A stretch of DNA of 32,000 bases from Bacillus subtilis subsp. subtilis str. 168 (GTDB taxonomy: Bacteria > Bacillota > Bacilli > Bacillales > Bacillaceae): contig NC_000964.3 in NCBI RefSeq assembly GCF_000009045.1, positions 3,600,001-3,632,000 of the forward strand. Direction: 5' to 3'. This document shows, one piece after another, positions 1-9,419 of this stretch; position 1 is the stretch's first letter; each line of letters begins with the position of its first letter. Under the pieces are notes generated by a model that saw nothing but the letters and a program-made list of their open reading frames with translations, made no database searches and was not told the DNA's origin. The position numbers and the translations under genes are program-made.

Positions 1-1909
1 CGCTTGCTTGAATATGGTGAGCGCCTTCAGAAAGCTTTGATGTATCCCACTCCAGCAGCTGTGATGTAAATAGTCCGTCAGGCAGATTGAACTGAAATTG
101 CCAGCTTTTATTCGAGCGCTGATTATCGCCAATAAAGAGTTCCTTCTCAGGAGACACCCTCTGATCTCTGATCACCGTTCCATCCGATAACACCAATCGG
201 GCGTTTTTGACTAAGAAGTCATCACGGTTTTCAGCCGTATCAAACGGAGACACCTTCGAACCTGAACGTATCGTAATACGCTGCAGCTGCTTCCCTTTCC
301 GAAGCAGTGTCTCTGGCAATGGAACAGAATAGGTGCGGTATTTATTTGTTGTATCATCGAACACCTTCAGCACTTTGCCTTCCATCGTTACCGCGTTTTT
401 AAAATAAAGGTTCGTTTTCCTCGTATCGAATGCAAAATATACTTCTTTTTCCATCGCGGGCTCTGTCACTTGTTTTTTCCCGTCAATCCATAGCTTAATG
501 CTGTCAGCTCGCCCTTCTGTCGTGGCTTTGAGAAATTGAGTTCCCGACAGCGTGTCTCTGTTTTCAATATTCATCCGCAGACCGTGCGCCTTGCTTGTTT
601 GTTTAATATCAATCATTTTGACCGGCGTTCTCGCTTCATTGATCCCGTCCCCGGCCGCCACATAATACTCTAGCTGATCCTTCCCGATCAATTCAGGCGA
701 ATACACAATATAATGGAAGAGATTATCGTTGCGGTCTTTTTCAGCAAGAATTCGCTTAAACGGTTTGTTCTCATCCGTCCGGTAGTAAAAGGCCACTGTT
801 TTCACTAGGCTTCGGTCCCGTATGTCAGCCCGCAGCTCAATGCTTTCAGCAGGGCGGACAGGCTTGCGGTCAGTCAAATCCTCAATGACCGGCTTTTCTT
901 TATCGAGCTTGATTTTCCGTTTCTGGTCGGGCACCTGTGCCTGTAATACGGTTCCGGGAGACGGATTCTTTTCCCCGATTGAAATGTTCAGAAGTTCTGC
1001 TGTTCCGTTCAGTGGATACTTATAAAGCACTGATGACAGCCGGCGCAGCGCATGTTTCCGATAATGCGCAACCGAAATGTCCTTTCCTGTATTCGTTGAT
1101 ATCACAACGGCCCGCGGCCTCGTATTGGCCATACCCTCTGTCTCGTCTATCACCGCAAGATTTTTTCCTTCTTTTAGTTGTGTCTGATAATAACGATTGA
1201 AATCCGCTGACGTCAATTCTGGATGCCCGGCAGGCTTCAGCCAGACGACAAACGTTTCGCCGGATGGTATCAAGATCCTTTCATCAGGTCTCCAAATCAG
1301 ATCGGAGTCAGGCCCTTCTTTTGGGTAGCGGTAACGGATATGGTAGTCTTTAAAATCAATCGTTCTGTCAGTCGTATTAAAAATCTCAATAAATTCATAA
1401 CCGTCTGCGCGTCCTATATTCTTCGTATCAACCGCCAGCTCTGTGATCAGAAGCTCCGGAATATGGGCAAGGTCAGCCTGGTATCCTTCAAGCTTCAGTT
1501 TCTTCGTCTCCGACTCAACCCGCTGCTTCCCATTCGACATCACAATGTAATACTCAAGCTCGCTGTTCCAAATCAAACGTTTCGGAATTTGTGCCAAAAA
1601 CTTGCGGACCGCTCCGGGGGTCGGGTCCATCGGCACCATTTTGTAGCCCAGCTCATTACTTTGTTTATAAAAAAGAAAGGCGGAAAATGCTTGATACGAA
1701 TTATCGCGAACTTGAGCCTCAATCATTAGATTGCTTCTCATTTCAGCTTTCACATCAATTTGAGGAGGATTTTCAAGCAAGGGTATGTAATGAGGCGTTT
1801 GAAATAGTTCCTGCTGTACAACAGGAAAAGCTTTCGATTCATGATGGCCGCCAGACAAAACGGAAAGAAAAGACAGTAATATAGAAGCAATAACCGTGTA
1901 TTTCCTCAT
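1..1909 (-). CDS. yvnB: YvnB-like large secreted protein, N-terminal part (gene runs off the left window edge); signal peptide and lamin-tail-like region
   Basis: Absent from the ORF track, presumably because it is open at the edge. Reading minus from the ATG at 1909 gives MRKYTVIASILLSFLSVLSGGHHESKAFPVVQQELFQ... with SD-like GGAGGTGC. A segment around 1250-1450 reads ITELAVDTKNIGRADGYEFIEIFNTTDRTIDFKDYHIRY, typical of lamin-tail domains. Position next to yvnA/cypX fits yvnB. Confidence 0.8.
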   Translation of the reverse strand, partial: MRKYTVIASILLSFLSVLSGGHHESKAFPVVQQELFQTPHYIPLLENPPQIDVKAEMRSNLMIEAQVRDNSYQAFSAFLFYKQSNELGYKMVPMDPTPGAVRKFLAQIPKRLIWNSELEYYIVMSNGKQRVESETKKLKLEGYQADLAHIPELLITELAVDTKNIGRADGYEFIEIFNTTDRTIDFKDYHIRYRYPKEGPDSDLIWRPDERILIPSGETFVVWLKPAGHPELTSADFNRYYQTQLKEGKNLAVIDETEGMANTRPRAVVISTNTGKDISVAHYRKHALRRLSSVLYKYPLNGTAELLNISIGEKNPSPGTVLQAQVPDQKRKIKLDKEKPVIEDLTDRKPVRPAESIELRADIRDRSLVKTVAFYYRTDENKPFKRILAEKDRNDNLFHYIVYSPELIGKDQLEYYVAAGDGINEARTPVKMIDIKQTSKAHGLRMNIENRDTLSGTQFLKATTEGRADSIKLWIDGKKQVTEPAMEKEVYFAFDTRKTNLYFKNAVTMEGKVLKVFDDTTNKYRTYSVPLPETLLRKGKQLQRITIRSGSKVSPFDTAENRDDFLVKNARLVLSDGTVIRDQRVSPEKELFIGDNQRSNKSWQFQFNLPDGLFTSQLLEWDTSKLSEGAHHIQAS

Positions 1910-2014
1910 CAAAGCACCTCCCTTTTCATGTATTTTGCGTCTGAACAGGGAAGCTTATGAGTTCATTTTTGTGCATAAAGAACAAAAAAACGTCTGTCTC
2001 TTGAAAATTCCACT

Positions 2015-2050
2015 ATTACCCAGTAAACTAAGGATAGTTAACCAGTTAAC
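2015..2050. promoter_or_regulatory. Two related boxes between yvnB and yvnA: ATTACCCAGTAAAC (2015-2028) and GTTAACCAGTTAAC (2037-2050)
   Basis: Both resemble the 4727-4746 palindrome core; the second is palindromic except for its centre. Confidence 0.6.
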
Positions 2051-2070
2051 AATTAAATCAGAGAGGCAAA

Positions 2071-2547
2071 TTGATGGACAACAGCATTCATGATGAATTA
2101 TTTCAAGCTATACAACAATTCGCATTAAAAAGGGATAAACGCGTCTGGCAAAAGGTGCAGATACCATCCATTGGCATATCCTCACAACATCACGATCACC
2201 TCAAAAAAGACTGGACTTTGACCCAGCTTCACATTGTTTCCTGCATACATACCAGCCAAAATGTGAACAACAGCTTCTTAGCATCCCGTTTACACATCTC
2301 AAAAGCCGCTGTTTCAAAAGCGGTTCATGCTTTGTTGAAACACAATATCATTACAGTGACAAAAAAGCCTGGCAACAAAAAAGAAATTTTTTATACGCTA
2401 ACTGATAGCGGCAGAAAATTGGCGGCATTACATGAACAGCTTCATGAGAAAGCAAAGGAGCAATATAAACAGCTTTTCAATGAATTTTCAATTGATGATT
2501 TAAAAACAGTGACTGCGTTTTTCAACTTGTGGATCAAATATATGTAA
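2071..2547 (+). CDS. yvnA: MarR-family transcriptional regulator
   Basis: 158 aa ORF with MarR-type wHTH (LLASRLHISKAAVSKAVHALLKHNIITVTKKPGNKKEIFYTLTDSG). Start likely ATG 2074 (TTG 2071 in track), SD GAGAGG. Confidence 0.85.
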   Translation: MMDNSIHDELFQAIQQFALKRDKRVWQKVQIPSIGISSQHHDHLKKDWTLTQLHIVSCIHTSQNVNNSFLASRLHISKAAVSKAVHALLKHNIITVTKKPGNKKEIFYTLTDSGRKLAALHEQLHEKAKEQYKQLFNEFSIDDLKTVTAFFNLWIKYM

Positions 2548-2548
2548 A

Positions 2549-2580
2549 AAGAGTCTCACCCGCATGGGAGAGACCTTTGG
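2549..2580. terminator. Probable terminator between convergent yvnA and cypX
   Basis: GTCTCACCC-gcat-GGGAGAGAC stem (one A/A mismatch), flanked by AAAGA/CCTTT sequence. Confidence 0.6.
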
Positions 2581-2587
2581 AATTCTA

Positions 2588-3805
2588 TTATGCCCCGTCA
2601 AACGCAACGAGAAGTGAAACAGGTCCGCGTGTATACAGACCGGACTCAGCATAACAAAAATCTTCCTCTAATCTGATATTCCGCATCTTATCCAGCACAA
2701 TATTAGCTACAATTTCGATTTCGTTTTTGGCAAAAGCTGCTCCTACACAGTTATGAATGCCGGATCCGAAAGCGAGATGCCGGGCGGCGCCGCTAAAAGC
2801 GCTCTTGATACCAAGATCTTCCCGATGAATATTAAACACGTCAGGCTGTTCAAATGCTTCAGGGTCCCGGTTAGCCGCACCGATCATACAAAAAACAATC
2901 GTATCTTTTTTGATTTCCATACCGCCGACCACTGTATCTTGGGACAGCTGCCGCGGAATCAGCTGAACCGGCGGTTTATAACGCAATGTCTCCGCAATGG
3001 CTCTCGGAACTAACGAACGGTCAGCCAAAACATCATTCATCTGCTCAGGATTGTTGAGCAAATGGTAGATCATCAGTGCCAGCGTCTTATCAGCCGGTTC
3101 CGTTGCGGCTAACAGCACATTAAGAATCAGTGCGAGTATATCCTTGTCCGACAGCGCCATGCCTTCATATTCAGAAGTACATAGGATCGAAATTAAATCT
3201 GATCCCGGATTGACGCGACGTTCTTTAATGACCGGCATCAAGTATTGGGAAAGCTGTTCGCTGCACCATAACGAATGTGCCCGCGCTTCAGGAGATTGAG
3301 AGATACTCGTGATAAAATCGGCAACTCCGCTGTGCCACTCAGAGATTTTTTCATGGTCTCTTTTATCCAGCCCGAGCATGTCCATCGTGACGCACACCGC
3401 AAACGTCTTTCCAAAATCATTGACGAGATCACTTTTCCCTCTTTCAAGATAAGGCGCTAACAAGTTTTCTGCATTTTGTTTAATCAATGGAGACAGATGA
3501 TCCAGTGCGTCACCGATAAAGCTTCTCACTACAATTCTTCTTTTGGCAGAGTGTTCTTTTCCATGCATTTGGGCCAGCACAGGGCCTCGCATGACTGGTT
3601 CGGCACGCTCAACAAGTGATTTCGTCGTGAAGATATCCGGATGCTGAAGGATATAGCGGACATCATGATAGCGGCTGATAAAATAACTGTCTATCGACTC
3701 TTCATAATGAACCGGATCTTCCTCCCGCAGTTGTGAAAAATAAGCATATGGATTGTTTTGAAATTGATCAGAAAGCACACTAAACAATTTAATCGATTGG
3801 CTCAT
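2588..3805 (-). CDS. cypX: Cytochrome P450 CypX (CYP134A1), pulcherriminic acid synthesis from cyclo-dileucine
   Basis: 405 aa; heme-ligand motif FGSGIHNCVG, ExxR motif ETLRYK; immediately downstream of the cyclodipeptide synthase. Confidence 0.95.
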   Translation of the reverse strand: MSQSIKLFSVLSDQFQNNPYAYFSQLREEDPVHYEESIDSYFISRYHDVRYILQHPDIFTTKSLVERAEPVMRGPVLAQMHGKEHSAKRRIVVRSFIGDALDHLSPLIKQNAENLLAPYLERGKSDLVNDFGKTFAVCVTMDMLGLDKRDHEKISEWHSGVADFITSISQSPEARAHSLWCSEQLSQYLMPVIKERRVNPGSDLISILCTSEYEGMALSDKDILALILNVLLAATEPADKTLALMIYHLLNNPEQMNDVLADRSLVPRAIAETLRYKPPVQLIPRQLSQDTVVGGMEIKKDTIVFCMIGAANRDPEAFEQPDVFNIHREDLGIKSAFSGAARHLAFGSGIHNCVGAAFAKNEIEIVANIVLDKMRNIRLEEDFCYAESGLYTRGPVSLLVAFDGA

Positions 3806-3820
3806 GTTTTACTCCCCCTA

Positions 3821-4567
3821 TCATCCTTCAGATGTGATCCGTTTCTCAGAAAGCATCTGCGCCATTTCCTGTACAATGAGATACCCTTGATTCGGCCGCA
3901 TACAAATAGAAAATTCATGGTTACTGATCTTCTCACCCAGCTTCCACGGACGATGATAAGCAAGGAGTGTCTCTTCCACCTCTAAAATATCCGGAGCTCC
4001 GATAAAAAACGGCAGCTCAGCTATGACATATTCCACAGCCAAATTCAGCATATCCTCACTGACTTCTTCCATCATCAAACTGACGCCCCGCGCACGCCCG
4101 ATTATCGCTTCACGAGACATGTCCAAACAAGCATGTCGAAAATGAGGCTGCTCAAAAAATGCATGTTCAACTTCTTGTCTCAACAGCTGGTAGGCTTTGT
4201 TATCTATAAAATCAGAAAATGTATGAATCGCCTTCGGATCCCCGCCATGAGCCACAAGGGCTCTTTCTGCAAATCTCCTGTTTCGTGATACCTCTTTCCT
4301 TACTTTTCGTTCAGCCTTTCCTCTCGGAGTTCCAAGCGCTTCTAGAAGATTAGCCGCCTCATGCCCTGCAAGTAAAACTGAAACGCTTTTAAATTGAGCT
4401 TTCGCCCATCCAATTAATCTGTAAATATAATCCTCTGAAAACCTGCTGTTAAATGGGCTGATCCCCACCAAAACATGCCTGCGCCGTTCAAATATTTCTC
4501 TGCAGTTTTCTGTTAATGCCTCAGCAATAAAATGCACAGACCTTCTTTCCGTTACCATTCCGGTCAT
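3821..4567 (-). CDS. yvmC: Cyclodipeptide synthase YvmC (cyclo-L-leucyl-L-leucine)
   Basis: CDPS signature [17 protein letters not shown]; ATG at 4567 has SD AGGGG 8 nt upstream (track start GTG 4576 is too close to the SD); 248 aa. Confidence 0.95.
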   Translation of the reverse strand: MTGMVTERRSVHFIAEALTENCREIFERRRHVLVGISPFNSRFSEDYIYRLIGWAKAQFKSVSVLLAGHEAANLLEALGTPRGKAERKVRKEVSRNRRFAERALVAHGGDPKAIHTFSDFIDNKAYQLLRQEVEHAFFEQPHFRHACLDMSREAIIGRARGVSLMMEEVSEDMLNLAVEYVIAELPFFIGAPDILEVEETLLAYHRPWKLGEKISNHEFSICMRPNQGYLIVQEMAQMLSEKRITSEG

Positions 4568-4726
4568 CTCATTCACCCCTAAAACTTATCCCGCTTTAAG
4601 TCATCACCCTCAAATACAAGATGGAATAGCTAGAACAACTGAACAAGACGAATGGCAGGCATCACTTAAAGTTTCCAAATGTTTTTTAAGATTTTAATAA
4701 TCATTTTCAATACCCATATCATGATA

Positions 4727-4746
4727 AATGTTTACTAGTAAACATT
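4727..4746. promoter_or_regulatory. Perfect 20-bp palindrome AATGTTTACTAGTAAACATT, probable YvmB/PchR-type operator
   Basis: Self-complementary over 20 bp, located in the yvmC-yvmB divergent region; related boxes occur at 4926-4939 and 2037-2050. Confidence 0.7.
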
Positions 4747-4925
4747 AGTCATTTTATCCCTTTTCCTTCCAAACGTCAATATGATCTGTGCCCAAATATT
4801 TGAAAATAAATGTAAACATCACATTTTCCACACACTTTTTACACGCATATTCAGCATGACATATCAACAAATAGTCTAAACACCAACAATTGACAACGAA
4901 AACAAGAAAAGATAAAATAAAATTG

Positions 4926-4939
4926 TTCACCAGTAAACG
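4926..4939. promoter_or_regulatory. Imperfect box GTTCACCAGTAAAC upstream of yvmB
   Basis: Matches GTTTACTAGTAAAC at 12 of 14 positions; close to the yvmB 5' region, consistent with autoregulation. Confidence 0.6.
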
Positions 4940-4992
4940 ATTTGTTTTATTGTTTCATCGTAAACTATTATTCCTAAGAAAGAAGGTAGCCT

Positions 4993-5502
4993 ATGTCTGA
5001 TTTGACAAAACAGATGATATACGACATATACGTGAGACTGCTGCACCTTAATGAACAAAAAGCGAACACTTCACTTCAGCAATTTTTTAAGGAGGCCGCA
5101 GAAGAGGATGTAGCTGAAATTCCCAAAAATATGACAAGCATTCACGTCATTGACTGCATCGGCCAGCATGAACCCATTAATAATGCCGGAATTGCCAGAA
5201 AAATGAACTTATCGAAAGCGAATGTAACGAAAATCAGCACAAAACTGATCAAGGAAGAATTCATTAACAGCTATCAGCTGACAGATAACAAAAAAGAAGT
5301 TTATTTTAAATTAACCCGTAAAGGCAGACGGATTTTCGACTTACATGAGAAACTGCATAAAAAAAAGGAGCTGGCTTTTTACCAATTCCTCGATTCATTT
5401 TCACAAGAAGAACAAAAGGCTGTATTGAAGTTTCTAGAGCAGTTGACGTCAACACTTGAAGCAGAACAAACCGATGGGACTCCAGACAAACCTGTAAAGT
5501 AA
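4993..5502 (+). CDS. yvmB: MarR-family regulator YvmB/PchR of the pulcherriminic acid genes
   Basis: 169 aa with wHTH ([46 protein letters not shown]), divergent from yvmC-cypX. Confidence 0.93.
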   Translation: MSDLTKQMIYDIYVRLLHLNEQKANTSLQQFFKEAAEEDVAEIPKNMTSIHVIDCIGQHEPINNAGIARKMNLSKANVTKISTKLIKEEFINSYQLTDNKKEVYFKLTRKGRRIFDLHEKLHKKKELAFYQFLDSFSQEEQKAVLKFLEQLTSTLEAEQTDGTPDKPVK

Positions 5503-5513
5503 ACAAAAAGGCG

Positions 5514-6734
5514 GTGTACACTTTGGCTCATACAAAATCAAAGGCAGTATTGATCTTATACACTGTTTGCTTCAGTGCATTTTTTGCATCTTTAAGCCAG
5601 AACATTTATTCACCTATTCTTCCGATCATTAAAGAATCATTCCATGTTTCCACAGCTATGGTGAACCTGTCAGTCTCAGTTTTTATGATTGTGACAGCAA
5701 TAATGCAAATTATATTAGGAGCGATCATTGATTTTAAAGGCGCTCGGATCGTCTTGATTACCGGTATTCTGGCAACGGCAGCAGCCAGCATCGGCTGTGC
5801 GGTGACTACTGACTTTACCTTGTTTCTGATATTCAGAATGATACAGGCAGCCGGTTCCGCAGCACTGCCTCTTATTGCTGCCACAACGATCGGACAGCTG
5901 TTTACAGGAAATGAACGCGGGAGTGCAATGGGAACGTATCAAATGCTCCTGTCTGTCGCACCGGCTATTGCTCCAGTTCTAGGAGGATTCATAGGCGGAG
6001 CAGCCGGATACGAAGGGATTTTTTGGATACTTGCGGCCATCTCTATCGTTTTGCTGGTGACAAACAGCATCACCTTTCCTAAAGATTCTCCAACTGAATC
6101 TATGCAGCAAGCCAAAGGCAATGTGTTCGCTCATTATAAATCAATATTTACAAATCGAACAGGGAACGTCATTTTGACTTTAAGTTTTGTTCTCTTTTTC
6201 ATTTATTTTGCAGTAATTGTCTACCTCCCAATATTGCTGACAGAGCATTACCATATAGATGTGGGTATAGCAGGACTGTTATATTTGCCGCTGGCGCTGA
6301 GCACGATTGCAGGTACGTTTCTGTTTAAAAGAATACAGGCAAAAATCGGGCTGCACACCTTGTTTATCGGAAGCAATGTGATTGCCGCCTGCAGCATCAT
6401 TTTATTTGCTGTTACACATTCCGTTTCTCTCGTTCTCATGGCTCTGACGCTGGCACTGTTTGGCATCTCGATGGGGGTTATTCCTCCCTTGTACTCTACA
6501 ATGATTACTAATGAATTTGAGCACAACAGAGGGAGTGCAATCGGAATGTTTAACTTTATCCGATATACAGGCATGGCAGCAGGTCCGATGGTATCTGCCT
6601 ACTTGCTCACAATGATGCCGTCTGCCATGTCCTTTAGCCTCCTAGGCCTTGGATTTGCCGCATTGAGCTTTTGCCTTCTTCCGCCAATGTTTTCGCCGCA
6701 GAAGCGCACGAAACAAAAAAAGCACCACATGTAA
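5514..6734 (+). CDS. yvmA: MFS transporter YvmA (DHA1 type)
   Basis: 12-TM-like MFS protein, 406 aa from GTG 5514; the TTG at 5523 is the better-spaced start behind GGCGGTG. Directly follows yvmB. Confidence 0.92.
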
Positions 6735-6771
6735 AAAAGCTGCCTTTGCGGGCAGCTTTTTTTATTTTTTT
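6733..6771. terminator. Terminator between convergent yvmA and yvlD
   Basis: AAGCTGCC-tttgcg-GGCAGCTT followed by TTTTTTATTTTTTT, with an A run on the other side. Confidence 0.85.
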
Positions 6772-7121
6772 CTAAGCGGCTCTAAAATGCCTTTTTGAAT
6801 CAGCAAATGGAAGACCGACAGGATAACGGATGCCCATATCGCTGTGCCGAAGCCGTCGATTTGAAAGCTGTCACCCATAATGGACGCGGTCATCATAAGC
6901 GTGATGGCGTTAATCACAAACAAGAAGAGTCCAAGCGTCACCATGGTGACCGGCAGTGTAAATATAATTAAAAGCGGTTTAATCAGCACGTTTAAGATCG
7001 ATAAAATGAGGCTGGCGATAATCGCTGCCCCAATGCTGCTGATATGGATGGAGTCAATATATCCATCAATGACGATTAATAACAATGCATTGACTAAAAT
7101 GCTGACTGCCCATTTTACCAT
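6762..7121 (-). CDS. yvlD: YvlD, phage holin family-4 superfamily-like membrane protein
   Basis: 119 aa, multiple hydrophobic segments, last gene of yvlABCD. Confidence 0.9.
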   Translation of the reverse strand: MVKWAVSILVNALLLIVIDGYIDSIHISSIGAAIIASLILSILNVLIKPLLIIFTLPVTMVTLGLFLFVINAITLMMTASIMGDSFQIDGFGTAIWASVILSVFHLLIQKGILEPLRKK

Positions 7122-7122
7122 G

Positions 7123-7320
7123 TCATTTCATATCCCTTTCTGACGGGACGATAAAAATCCAAATGATATAAATGAGCAAAACCGGCAAGACACTTGTCAT
7201 AATGGCTAAGATGACAGTTATGACTCTGAGGAGTGATGCGTCCCAATTGAAATATTCCGCGAGACCTCCGATAACACCGGCGATTTTCTTATTTTTTTCT
7301 GAGCGATAAAGCTTATTCAT
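7123..7320 (-). CDS. yvlC: YvlC, PspC-domain protein
   Basis: 65 aa; PspC signature LYRSEKNKKIAGVIGGLAEYFNWDASLLRV. Confidence 0.92.
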   Translation of the reverse strand: MNKLYRSEKNKKIAGVIGGLAEYFNWDASLLRVITVILAIMTSVLPVLLIYIIWIFIVPSERDMK

Positions 7321-7324
7321 TCGA

Positions 7325-8422
7325 TCACCTCTGTGAGTACTTTAGTTTGATGGCGCCTGTTAGTGATTCTGAGAAGACGGTGATGTTTTGATCATGTGCC
7401 TGATTTGAAGTGAACATCATTTCTTTTTGAATCGTATCATTTTTTTCCTTCAGCATCTCTACATCCATTAATTCATGGGACAGCGTACCAAGATTGCTTT
7501 TCAGCTCTGCCTTCACTGCGAGATCGTCCGGAATTGCAAGCTCTACATTTCCAGTCGTTGTTTTTGCATAAATGGAGCGGCAGTCTGATTCTGTTACGTT
7601 AATCGCAATATTTCCGTTAAAGCTTTGAACGTCAATGGATTCGCTTTTCCCTCGGAGATCGATCAATCCGTTAATGGTTTCCGCTTCTATCGTACCGCAG
7701 CTGTGGCTTGCGAGCTTAATTTGCCCGTTGGCCGTTTCAGCTATGGCTTTTTCGGCTGTTAAATACGAGAACGACAGCACGCCGTTTGTCGTTTTCGCTG
7801 AGAACTCTTTTACATGTAAATGTTCCCCTCTGACTGGACCGTTAAACAGCTTCACCCGAATCTTATCATACTCCTTCTGAGGAATATACAAAGTGACATT
7901 CGTTTTCATCGTCTTTTTCTCAGTACGGATAAAAAACTTATTACCTTTGATTTCACATTCAATATGCTGAAGAAATGCGTGTCTCGCCGCATCCTGGCTG
8001 TCAGCGCGATATACCTTCGCCTGGCATTCCGCTCTGATATCGTCATCTTCCCAAGGGACGATATTTACGCTGCCATTGGCAATTTGCAGCTCAACACTGG
8101 AAAAGTCAGTATCTTTAAATTGAAAAATGTGCTGAACATCATACGCATGGCCAAAGTTTAAATCAAGGTCAACTTCCTTGACCTTTTTCACAGCAGAATC
8201 AATCCAGTCAAACAGCTTGGCTCCTAAAGACGGTTTGCCGCTTTCTTTTTTTGCCGTTGTAAATGGCTCTTCCTCGTCATGAACGTGAACTGAGAGCGCT
8301 GTGATTTTCTCTTCTTTTTCCTTGTAGTCGCTGTCAAGCTTTTCAATCAGTGTCAAAGCTTCTTGTGCTGTAAGCTTTCCTTCCTCAACAAGCTTAAGGA
8401 TTCGTTCCTTTTCTTGCTTCAT
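7325..8422 (-). CDS. yvlB: YvlB, DUF4097-type protein with N-terminal SHOCT-like segment
   Basis: 365 aa; EERILKLVEEGKLTAQEALTLIEKL N-terminus followed by beta-solenoid-like repeats (VRGEHLHVKEFSAKTTNGVLSFSYLTAEKAIAETANGQIKL). Confidence 0.9.
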   Translation of the reverse strand: MKQEKERILKLVEEGKLTAQEALTLIEKLDSDYKEKEEKITALSVHVHDEEEPFTTAKKESGKPSLGAKLFDWIDSAVKKVKEVDLDLNFGHAYDVQHIFQFKDTDFSSVELQIANGSVNIVPWEDDDIRAECQAKVYRADSQDAARHAFLQHIECEIKGNKFFIRTEKKTMKTNVTLYIPQKEYDKIRVKLFNGPVRGEHLHVKEFSAKTTNGVLSFSYLTAEKAIAETANGQIKLASHSCGTIEAETINGLIDLRGKSESIDVQSFNGNIAINVTESDCRSIYAKTTTGNVELAIPDDLAVKAELKSNLGTLSHELMDVEMLKEKNDTIQKEMMFTSNQAHDQNITVFSESLTGAIKLKYSQR

Positions 8423-8446
8423 TACGATCTCCTCCCCATTGTCTAC

Positions 8447-8773
8447 TTATGCTGCACGCAGGACCTTAATGCCCTGAATCACATTCCAAATGATAATGCC
8501 AATGACAACTAAGAAATAAATAACCGCTCCCCCGATGATTACAAATACAGGAAGCAAGCTGTCTCCATCAATCGCAACGGCTCCGCCAAGTAAAGCAATA
8601 AAAAGGAACAGCCAGCCGACAAACGGAACAATGTGAGAAATAAGAGAGCGTATCGCATGGCGTTTTGTTTCTTTCTCATTTACAACAAAATATGCGACAA
8701 TCGGCACAATGATTGGCGCAATGAACACACTGAAATAACAAAGTGATGCAATAATAGCTTGATTACGGTTCAA
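8447..8773 (-). CDS. yvlA: YvlA, small membrane protein (DUF4870-like)
   Basis: Track ORF begins at GTG 8785, only 1 nt behind AGGAG. The TTG at 8773 has better spacing and gives 108 aa. Confidence 0.85.
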   Translation of the reverse strand: MNRNQAIIASLCYFSVFIAPIIVPIVAYFVVNEKETKRHAIRSLISHIVPFVGWLFLFIALLGGAVAIDGDSLLPVFVIIGGAVIYFLVVIGIIIWNVIQGIKVLRAA

Positions 8774-8836
8774 TTCATTCCACACTCCTATTGTGAATTG
8801 TCCATGACAAAAGATCAGGGACGTTTTACTTATTTA

Positions 8837-8862
8837 TACGTTTAAAATCTCTTCAGGTTTCA
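8837..8862 (-). promoter_or_regulatory. Sigma-W-type promoter for yvlABCD
   Basis: Minus strand: TGAAAC - 16 nt - CGTATAAA, matching the sigma-W consensus TGAAAC-N16-CGTA. Confidence 0.88.
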
Positions 8863-8990
8863 AATTCATTCTTTAGACATGCTCCGATTTACGGAAATTG
8901 GATTTTAAAAAGTTTTAGAAGTAGAATCTTCCGGCTATACCGATTACAATATGTAAAAAGCTTACGGCAACCAAGGAGGCTGGACAAGCA

Positions 8991-9221
8991 ATGGAGAAAG
9001 ATCCCAGTGACTATACAGTAACACAAGAATCAGTGTTAAAGCTGATTCAGGAACAAAAAAGAATGAATCGTGAAATGATCACCGAGCTTGAGCAGATTCA
9101 CGGACCCTTCCCGATCTCTCACGATATCCAATATATAAAAGTGCTGCTCGACAGCAGCAACACACATATTGTTCAAGATTTAATGAGTGTAAGTAAGCAG
9201 CTGTATAAGAAGACTTTGTAA
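8991..9221 (+). CDS. yvkN: Conserved hypothetical small protein YvkN
   Basis: 76 aa ORF ([36 protein letters not shown]...) with upstream AAGGAGG SD-like sequence. Confidence 0.75.
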
Positions 9222-9344
9222 TTGCGGAAAACATATCATTCATTATAACTGAAACAAAGCTAAAGGTTAGATGACAATATCTTGCCTTTTTTGTTTTGAA
9301 AAAACAAGTGATTCCCTGGCTGTCACAAAATGATTGTAACAAAA

Positions 9345-9394
9345 AAAGCCTGCCGGCACATCCAGTTAATGGACTCTGTCGGCAAGCTGTAACT
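9345..9394 (-). terminator. Hag-like rho-independent terminator behind yvzB
   Basis: Minus strand: CAGCTTGCCGACAGAGTCCA-ttaac-TGGATGTGCCGGCAGGCTTTTTTT. Confidence 0.85.
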
Positions 9395-9419
9395 ATCAGA
9401 AAGAGATAGCCGTTCAAAA

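Noticed and set aside
822-1729. Plus-strand ORFs of 67, 87 and 168 aa
   Set aside because: They lie antisense to the long open yvnB frame, which has signal peptide and domain-like sequence; the plus-strand translations show no family features.
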